DNA of 64,000 nt from the IMG/VR virus record IMGVR_UViG_3300032215_000643, positions 1 to 64,000 of that record; one strand, given 5' to 3'. Under the pieces are notes generated by a model that saw only the letters and a list, made by a program, of their open reading frames with translations, had not been told where the DNA came from and ran no database searches. Position 1 is the stretch's first letter. Each line of letters begins with the position of its first letter. Shown piece by piece: positions 58,516-64,000 of this stretch. The stretch is from a virus. The position numbers and the translations under genes are program-made.

Positions 58516-59921
58516 CAGTTCAAATTCAATTTAGGCGAGGTACCGCTGCTCAGTGGACGAGTGTTAATCCATTACTCTCTGAGGGAGAAATGGGTTTAGA
58601 GTTAGATACTGGAAAGTTTAAGGTTGGTAATGGTTCTACATATTGGAATTCTTTGCCTTATTCTTCTGGTCCTACTGGCGCTACTGGACCGCAGGGTGCA
58701 ACTGGTCCTCAAGGTGCGACGGGTGCAACTGGAGTGCAGGGACCATCTGGAGCAATTTCTGTATCTTCCCCCATTGTAAATTCTGGAACATCAACTTCAG
58801 CATCTCTTTCTTTTAATGGATCTGCTGCTTCTGTAGCATATGCAACTAATTCAGGTTCTTCTACTTATTCTTCAAGTGCTGGCGCTGCCCCAATTCCCGC
58901 AAGTGTTTCCTATTCTGCATCTAGTGGATTAGCAAACAATTCAACAAATTTTGCGGGACAAGCACAATCATATTATGCTCCGATTAGTTCACCTAATCTT
59001 ACAGGAACCCCATTAGCCCCTACTGCTGCATCTGCTACAAACACTACACAGATCGCAACCACGGCCTTTGTTCGTGGAGAAATTTCAAATCTTGTTAATT
59101 CTGCCCCAACAACTTTAGATACGTTAAATGAATTGGCGGCGGCTTTAGGAAATGATCCTAATTTTGCTGCAACAACTGCATCTACAATTGGTCTTAAAGC
59201 ACCAATTGCTAATCCAACTTTTACCGGAACTGTGAATCTTGGTTCTAATGTGGCAACTGGATCAGTTTCTAGTGCTTTAAATTCAGCATCTTTGGCTGGG
59301 CAGCCGGGATCATATTATTATCCTGCATCTTCAATTACCGCTGCTTCTGTAGCCTATGCTACAAATGCTGGTAATGCTACAACTTTGGGTGGACAATCTT
59401 CAGCATACTATTATCCTTCCGCTTCAATTACTACTGCATCAGTTGCTTATTCAACAAATGCCGGTAATTCAGCATCAACATCTCAAACTAATTTTAGTTC
59501 TTTAACAATTTCTGGTTCAAGCGTAGCAACTCAAAATTATGTTAATAATAAGTTTTTCTATGAAACAATTCCTTTTACGGTAACAGGCTCTGTGTCTACT
59601 GCTAGAGCATGGGATTATAGATTCTATAATGATACAGGCGGGACAAGATCAATTAATGGAGTTAGAGCAAGTTTAGGTTCCGCTCCTTCAGGATCTGCTA
59701 TGCTTATCGATGTAAGAAAGAATGGTGTTACCGGAGCGGCAAGTATATTCACGGCATCTAGTATATCCATTCCTTCTGGTTCTATAACATCTGGATTAAT
59801 AACATCTGGATTTAACAGTGGCTCAAGTATAGCCTCTAGTGATTATTTAACTGTGGCGGTAACTCAAGTTGGTTCAACAACTGCCGGTTCAGATTTAGTC
59901 GTTCAAGTTATGTGGAGTTAA
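58512..59921 (+). CDS. Fibre protein: Mtd-N-like head, collagen repeats, fibre repeat and conserved C-terminal anchor domain (copy 2)
   Basis: IQFRRGTAAQW...NP.L.EGE.G.E.DT.KFK.G.G...W..LPY; (GATGPQ)n; APTA....NTTQIATTAFV...LDTLNELAAALGNDPNFA. Confidence 0.85.
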   Translation: MTVQIQFRRGTAAQWTSVNPLLSEGEMGLELDTGKFKVGNGSTYWNSLPYSSGPTGATGPQGATGPQGATGATGVQGPSGAISVSSPIVNSGTSTSASLSFNGSAASVAYATNSGSSTYSSSAGAAPIPASVSYSASSGLANNSTNFAGQAQSYYAPISSPNLTGTPLAPTAASATNTTQIATTAFVRGEISNLVNSAPTTLDTLNELAAALGNDPNFAATTASTIGLKAPIANPTFTGTVNLGSNVATGSVSSALNSASLAGQPGSYYYPASSITAASVAYATNAGNATTLGGQSSAYYYPSASITTASVAYSTNAGNSASTSQTNFSSLTISGSSVATQNYVNNKFFYETIPFTVTGSVSTARAWDYRFYNDTGGTRSINGVRASLGSAPSGSAMLIDVRKNGVTGAASIFTASSISIPSGSITSGLITSGFNSGSSIASSDYLTVAVTQVGSTTAGSDLVVQVMWS

Positions 59922-59922
59922 T

Positions 59923-60603
59923 ATGGCATCACCAACAATATTGGGAAAAGCAACTGCTGTTGGCAACGGTGGCGTGAATTTTACAAATGCTAGTTATGAT
60001 GTTGCCCCCGTTGCAGGAAACTTACTCGTAGCATTTATTGGCGGTAATGGTTATGCTTATAGTTTTGATAACCCCGCTCTGTCTGATTTTCCTGCGCCTG
60101 TAGGATGGACAAGACTTCAGTTTATTGTTAATGGTGGCTTGTATGCTGGTGCTATTTTTTATAAAATTGCTACAGGTTCTGATAATGTAAGTTTTGCTGG
60201 TATAAGCGGTGACGGCGCACCAGAGACGGCAGGAGTTATTGTATCTATAGATAATGGTTCTACTCCTTCTTCTAACCTTATTGATGCAGGTACTGTTAGT
60301 TCAGTAACATCAACTTCTATTGGAGGAACATCCGATCTTTTATTAGTTTCAAATTTTCAAATTTTTAGTAGCAATGTAGGAACAATTGTTTCTGTTCCTA
60401 GTGGAATGACAAATGTGGCTCTTGCTAATTCTTATGGTACTACTGCTGATACAACTGTAGTTAGAGTTTCATCTTTAGTCCCACAGGGAACTCCAACTAC
60501 ACATACTTCAAGTACATTTGCACTTAATCTTATATCAAGCGTTGCTGTATCTTATAGTGGCGGCACAACAACTTCAGCCATCGGCTGGGGTTTTATAGTC
60601 TAG
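59923..60603 (+). CDS. Putative fibre-tip/adhesin protein (copy 2)
   Basis: P.AGNLLVAF...P.GWT......FYKIA; ends AIGWGFIV; same position as 24193-24939. Confidence 0.55.
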   Translation: MASPTILGKATAVGNGGVNFTNASYDVAPVAGNLLVAFIGGNGYAYSFDNPALSDFPAPVGWTRLQFIVNGGLYAGAIFYKIATGSDNVSFAGISGDGAPETAGVIVSIDNGSTPSSNLIDAGTVSSVTSTSIGGTSDLLLVSNFQIFSSNVGTIVSVPSGMTNVALANSYGTTADTTVVRVSSLVPQGTPTTHTSSTFALNLISSVAVSYSGGTTTSAIGWGFIV

Positions 60604-60629
60604 CCTATAAATAAAAATATTGTTATACT
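60594..60629 (+). repeat. 36 bp direct repeat, copy 2
   Basis: Identical to 24954-24989; here it includes the last two codons and stop of the upstream gene. Confidence 0.9.
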
Positions 60630-60665
60630 GTATAAGAGATCAGTCAACATCTTATTAATGGATGA

Positions 60666-60674
60666 TGATATAAT
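60666..60674 (+). promoter_or_regulatory. Extended -10 promoter (TGATATAAT)
   Basis: Intergenic, upstream of SD GGAG and ATG 60702. Confidence 0.65.
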
Positions 60675-60701
60675 TAAATATATATAAAAAATGGAGTATG
60701 A

Positions 60702-61382
60702 ATGCCAACTATTGCAGGCGCAAATTATCTTTATCAGTTAAGGAATAGTACAACTGCATCAGCAACAATTTCTGGGTATCCGCTAACCGCAAGCGGTAAC
60801 ACCAGCCACTTATCTGACCATCAGTATATAACTTACTTATTAGAGTCACATGATAATATTCTTTCCTCCGCTTCGTTACTGGCAAATAATGGTCTTGCGA
60901 GTGACGCTACAGGATACGTTTCTGGAGCAAAACTTGTTTTTAGTAGTGCCCCTGCTTTAACTTCCTCTAGCCTAACTGCGAACAATGTTCCTGTTAATTT
61001 TGGAGCATGGGTTCCATATGTTCCATCAATTAGTGGATTTAGTGGAGTTTCTTCTTCAGTAGCAAGATATAATCAAATTGGCAAGACAGTTCATTTTGAA
61101 ACAACTTATGCTTTAGGAACAGCCGTTTATTCTGCTGGTAACTGGGCGATTGGATTGCCTACTGCAATGAATAGTTCTTACGCTAATGGTTATCAAACAA
61201 ATGTGAAGGTTATTTACGGTCAGTCTGGAACTATTCAATTAGGCTCAGGCATAATGAGTTCAGGAAGTGTTGTTTTATACACTGCTGGAACTGGTGCTGC
61301 GGTATTAACTTCATCAGCAGCGCCGTTTGCAGGATGGAATAGTGCTTCAATTATTGTTTCAGGTACTTATGAGGCATTATAA
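60702..61382 (+). CDS. Fibre-related structural protein
   Basis: W..Y.P........ARY.QIGKTV......LP......I.SGTYE fibre C-terminal pattern. Confidence 0.6.
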   Translation: MPTIAGANYLYQLRNSTTASATISGYPLTASGNTSHLSDHQYITYLLESHDNILSSASLLANNGLASDATGYVSGAKLVFSSAPALTSSSLTANNVPVNFGAWVPYVPSISGFSGVSSSVARYNQIGKTVHFETTYALGTAVYSAGNWAIGLPTAMNSSYANGYQTNVKVIYGQSGTIQLGSGIMSSGSVVLYTAGTGAAVLTSSAAPFAGWNSASIIVSGTYEAL

Positions 61383-61792
61383 TGAATTTTACTGGCGGCA
61401 GTTCTAAAAAACCATTTTATGTAGAATATAATGTGAGTGATTGTCAGGGCGGTTGGGCTGTTCTTAAAGATGGTACTGGTCAAGTAATTGGTTGTCATAA
61501 GACTGAAGAGGAAGCAAATAAGCATATGGAAGGTTTGACTACTCCTATGACTGATATTTTGGGTGATGAGACTAGAGCCGCAAAGTCCCCCCAAGAAGTT
61601 GCTAAAGTTTACGAACCTAGTTCTATCTGGGATGGTGTGTTTTTTCCAGCAAAGGGTGGTACAATGGGTTTAGATGCAGGATCGCAAGATCAAGATGCTA
61701 GGTTTAATTCTACATATAATACGCCGCCACAAAAAGATGGCAAGGAAAGCACTGGTTACGGAAATCGTAGTGCTGGAACTAATTCAAACTAG
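61382..61792 (+). CDS. Hypothetical phage protein
   Basis: P..V....C.GWAV.K.....GCH.T.EEA..H motif recurrent in phage proteins. Confidence 0.55.
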   Translation: MNFTGGSSKKPFYVEYNVSDCQGGWAVLKDGTGQVIGCHKTEEEANKHMEGLTTPMTDILGDETRAAKSPQEVAKVYEPSSIWDGVFFPAKGGTMGLDAGSQDQDARFNSTYNTPPQKDGKESTGYGNRSAGTNSN

Positions 61793-61798
61793 GAGTTT

Positions 61799-62677
61799 AT
61801 GATGACAGGAACAACATTGGGTGGATGGCCCGGTATTAAAACAGCAAAAGAGCAGGGCGTCCTTGTTTGGATTACGGTTCCCGGCACTACGAAGAAAGTT
61901 AGATTGCGTAAAGAGGTAGCACCAGTTTTTGCTGCTTTTCTTTCAGAAGTTCATAAGCATGTAATTGATCTTAATAAGGGTCCACTAGATGGATGGGAAT
62001 ATCGAGAAGCACGCACAGGTGCAGGTCTTTCTCAGCACGCCGGGGCGGTTGCGACAGATATGCGTTATGATGTTCTTCTTGCCGATCATAGACGGCACAT
62101 GACACAGACTCAGATTAATACAATGCACGCCTTACTAAATAAGTACACAACAACTAGCGGTAAGCGAGTTTTTGGATGGGGCGGGGATTGGCAAGTTGGC
62201 AAGTTTTGTGATGAAATGCATCTAGAGGCTGTGCAATCATGGTCCCCATACAGCCAAGGTCGCAATGCTACTGTAGCAGATTTCGCTAATGTGCAGAAGA
62301 AACTTCATATTAATTCTAATGGTACGTTTAGTGTTGTTGGTAAGGTTGTTAATCCTGTTGTTAAGCCTGTTCCTGCTGTTGTTGTTAAAAAGCCAGCGAC
62401 ACCACCTTCACCTGTTCCTGTTGCAGTTAAATCAGTCTCTGTAAAAGATTTTATTTTGGGTAAGTCAAGTGGTAGTGTTGTGACTGTTCAGAAGGCTCTT
62501 GCTAAAGAAAAATATTATGGTGGTGCTATTGATGGGGTCTTTGGACCTAACACCCGCGCTGCATATGCTCACTGGCAGAAGGCTTTGGGTTATTCTGGTG
62601 CAGATGCAAATGGTATTCCCGGCTTATCTTCTCTTACTAGTCTAGGTACAAAGTACAAATTTAAGGTTGTTGCATAA
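61799..62677 (+). CDS. Endolysin: M15-type peptidase, Pro/Val/Lys linker and peptidoglycan-binding domain
   Basis: S.HA.A.A.D, WGGDW, DEMH.E; V..VQ.AL.....DG.FGP.T..A...WQ......DG.PG. Confidence 0.85.
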   Translation: MMTGTTLGGWPGIKTAKEQGVLVWITVPGTTKKVRLRKEVAPVFAAFLSEVHKHVIDLNKGPLDGWEYREARTGAGLSQHAGAVATDMRYDVLLADHRRHMTQTQINTMHALLNKYTTTSGKRVFGWGGDWQVGKFCDEMHLEAVQSWSPYSQGRNATVADFANVQKKLHINSNGTFSVVGKVVNPVVKPVPAVVVKKPATPPSPVPVAVKSVSVKDFILGKSSGSVVTVQKALAKEKYYGGAIDGVFGPNTRAAYAHWQKALGYSGADANGIPGLSSLTSLGTKYKFKVVA

Positions 62678-63126
62678 TGGATGAATTAATTAATGAACTA
62701 AAATTATTGCAAGCAAATGTTGTTGCGATGTATGCTCAGTCACATGGGTATCATTGGAATGTTAAGGGTATGTTGTTTAAAGAGTTGCACGCATTTTTTC
62801 TAGAAATTTATGAAGATGTTTATGGTTCGCTTGATCCTATTTCTGAGAATATTAGAAAACTTGGTGGGGATGCTCCGTTTGGCCTTAGCACATGGTCTAA
62901 CAATGCTACATTTGAGGTTAATGAAGATCCTAATCTTTCTCCCGTTCAGATGCTTGGCGAATTGATCGTTGTTAATTCAGTTCTTATAACTCAGTTGAAG
63001 AAAGTTTTTGTTCTCGCTGATACTCAAAATGAGCAGGGTGTTGCTAATTTTATTGCAGAGCGTATTGATCAGCATCAGTTCTGGAATTGGCAGTTGACTG
63101 CTACTTTAAGAACTACATTAGCCTAA
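62677..63126 (+). CDS. dps: Dps / ferritin-like protein
   Basis: HWNVKG..F..LH.F..E.Y......D...E.IR.LG; H....W.L. Confidence 0.92.
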   Translation: MDELINELKLLQANVVAMYAQSHGYHWNVKGMLFKELHAFFLEIYEDVYGSLDPISENIRKLGGDAPFGLSTWSNNATFEVNEDPNLSPVQMLGELIVVNSVLITQLKKVFVLADTQNEQGVANFIAERIDQHQFWNWQLTATLRTTLA

Positions 63127-63130
63127 ATGG

Positions 63131-63159
63131 TTGACTGATAATAGTAAATGGGGTATTCT
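63131..63159 (+). promoter_or_regulatory. Sigma70-type promoter TTGACT-17 bp-TATTCT, probably leaderless
   Basis: Canonical spacing; ATG 63166 falls at the expected +1 and no SD is present. Confidence 0.6.
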
Positions 63160-63165
63160 GGATGA

Positions 63166-63660
63166 ATGACTCCACTTATGCGAGTTATTACTCCCGTCGT
63201 TGCCCTTCTTACGACACTTGTCGTACAGGTACCAATGGCCCAGAGTAGTAATGCAAGTAATGTAGTAGTATCGGCTGGCAGTTCCGTTAAAACTGTTAAA
63301 ACAACACCAACAATCAAAATGATCAGACCGCTTGGACCTACTAAAGGTATCAAGCCTTCTGCATGGACGGGTAAGTATTATTACCCTAAATGGGAATTGG
63401 TTCGCAAATGCATTGTAAAAAGGGAAAGTGAAGGTCAATATAATGTTGTCAGTCACATTTCGTCCAGTGCTGGTGCTTATCAGTTTATCAAATTTTGGAG
63501 GCCCATTTTGGCTAAAAAATTAGGTAAGTCATATTTGGCTTACACTCCAATTAATCATTGGGGCCGCGTTGATCAAGATCACGCTTTTTGGATTGTATGG
63601 AATAATGGAAAGGGAAGAAGCAATTGGGGACCAGCAGGTGCCCGATATAACTGCTTCTAA
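63166..63660 (+). CDS. Secreted transglycosylase-like (Rpf/lysozyme-fold) protein
   Basis: Signal-peptide-like N-terminus; CIV.RES.G.Y.......GAYQF...W....QD.......G..NW...C. Confidence 0.78.
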   Translation: MTPLMRVITPVVALLTTLVVQVPMAQSSNASNVVVSAGSSVKTVKTTPTIKMIRPLGPTKGIKPSAWTGKYYYPKWELVRKCIVKRESEGQYNVVSHISSSAGAYQFIKFWRPILAKKLGKSYLAYTPINHWGRVDQDHAFWIVWNNGKGRSNWGPAGARYNCF

Positions 63661-63662
63661 AA

Positions 63663-63692
63663 AAGGTGGGGGAGAGATCCCCCACCTTCTAT
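63663..63692 (+). terminator. Intrinsic terminator hairpin
   Basis: AAGGTGGGGGA-GAGA-TCCCCCACCTT, 11 bp stem with a GNRA loop right after the stop codon. Confidence 0.8.
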
Positions 63693-63707
63693 TGAAATAG
63701 GAGAATT

Positions 63708-64000
63708 ATGTACGAGTATAAAGCAACAGTAGAAAAGATTATTGATGGTGACACGATTGATGTCATGATTGATTTAGGTTTTTATGTTTATAAGGTAGAG
63801 CGAGTTCGTTTAGCAAGAATTAATTGTCCAGAACTTTCGACTCCCGAAGGACAGGTTTCTAAGCAATTTGTTATTGATTATCTGGCACAGAAGCAGGTAA
63901 CCATTAAGACACAAAAGAATATTTATGATAAATATGGTCGTTGGATTGCTGATGTTTTTGTTGCTGATCAATGTCTTAATGACATTCTTCTAGAAAAGAA
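63708..64000 (+). CDS. Thermonuclease (SNase-like) family protein, 3'-truncated (absent from ORF track)
   Basis: MYEYKA.V.KIIDGDTIDV.IDLGF...RVRL..I.CPE...DKYGR.IA; SD TAGGAG. Confidence 0.85.
   Translation, partial: MYEYKATVEKIIDGDTIDVMIDLGFYVYKVERVRLARINCPELSTPEGQVSKQFVIDYLAQKQVTIKTQKNIYDKYGRWIADVFVADQCLNDILLEK

Noticed and set aside
58512-59921. Diversity-generating retroelement target (Mtd-N-like domain)
   Set aside because: No reverse transcriptase in the window, and the paralogous 3' ends differ at all base types rather than only at adenines.
24954-60629. 36 bp repeat as a CRISPR repeat, att site or terminal repeat
   Set aside because: Only two copies 35.6 kb apart, no integrase in the window, and the enclosed DNA holds essential replication and packaging genes.
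1564-63456. Minus-strand and nested short ORFs in the six-frame track
   Set aside because: They lie within long + strand genes, lack SD or recognisable motifs, and are shadows of biased codon usage; 58089-58289 (-) is antisense to the tRNA/ncRNA.

Overview
A 64 kb segment of a large, AT-rich tailed dsDNA phage; all real genes are on the + strand and most are translationally coupled. Gene order and several genes (Rpf-like transglycosylase, M15 endolysin, leaderless promoters) point to an actinobacterial siphovirus, loosely like Streptomyces BE/BK-type and freshwater actinophages (inference). Order: 5'-truncated tape-measure gene with repeated FAxGG/GPG..D.IPA.LS.GEYV modules and an M23 peptidase; tail-tip and Ser/Thr/Ala-rich fibre genes (5.8-26 kb); replication/recombination genes (dnaB, primase, SSB, dnaE, recA, Cas4-like, RuvC-like; 26-39.5 kb); a ~14.4 kb, 18-gene glycan island (gmd, fcl, GT10, GT11, GT25, five GT2-type, methyltransferases, HAD/NTP-transferase, rmlB-like); GMP reductase/IMPDH; terminase; tRNA-Ile(UAU) followed at once by an unannotated ~122 nt structured RNA; a second fibre cassette; endolysin, Dps, Rpf-like and SNase-like genes. 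Most notable: (i) a probable fucosyl/methyl virion-glycosylation system paired with Ser/Thr-rich fibres; (ii) a two-copy 'conserved anchor domain + variable tip gene + identical 36 bp repeat' fibre cassette 35.6 kb apart; (iii) the tRNA-linked ncRNA; (iv) window-wide avoidance of CCWGG and AGCT. All calls are from motif recognition by eye; no searches were run.
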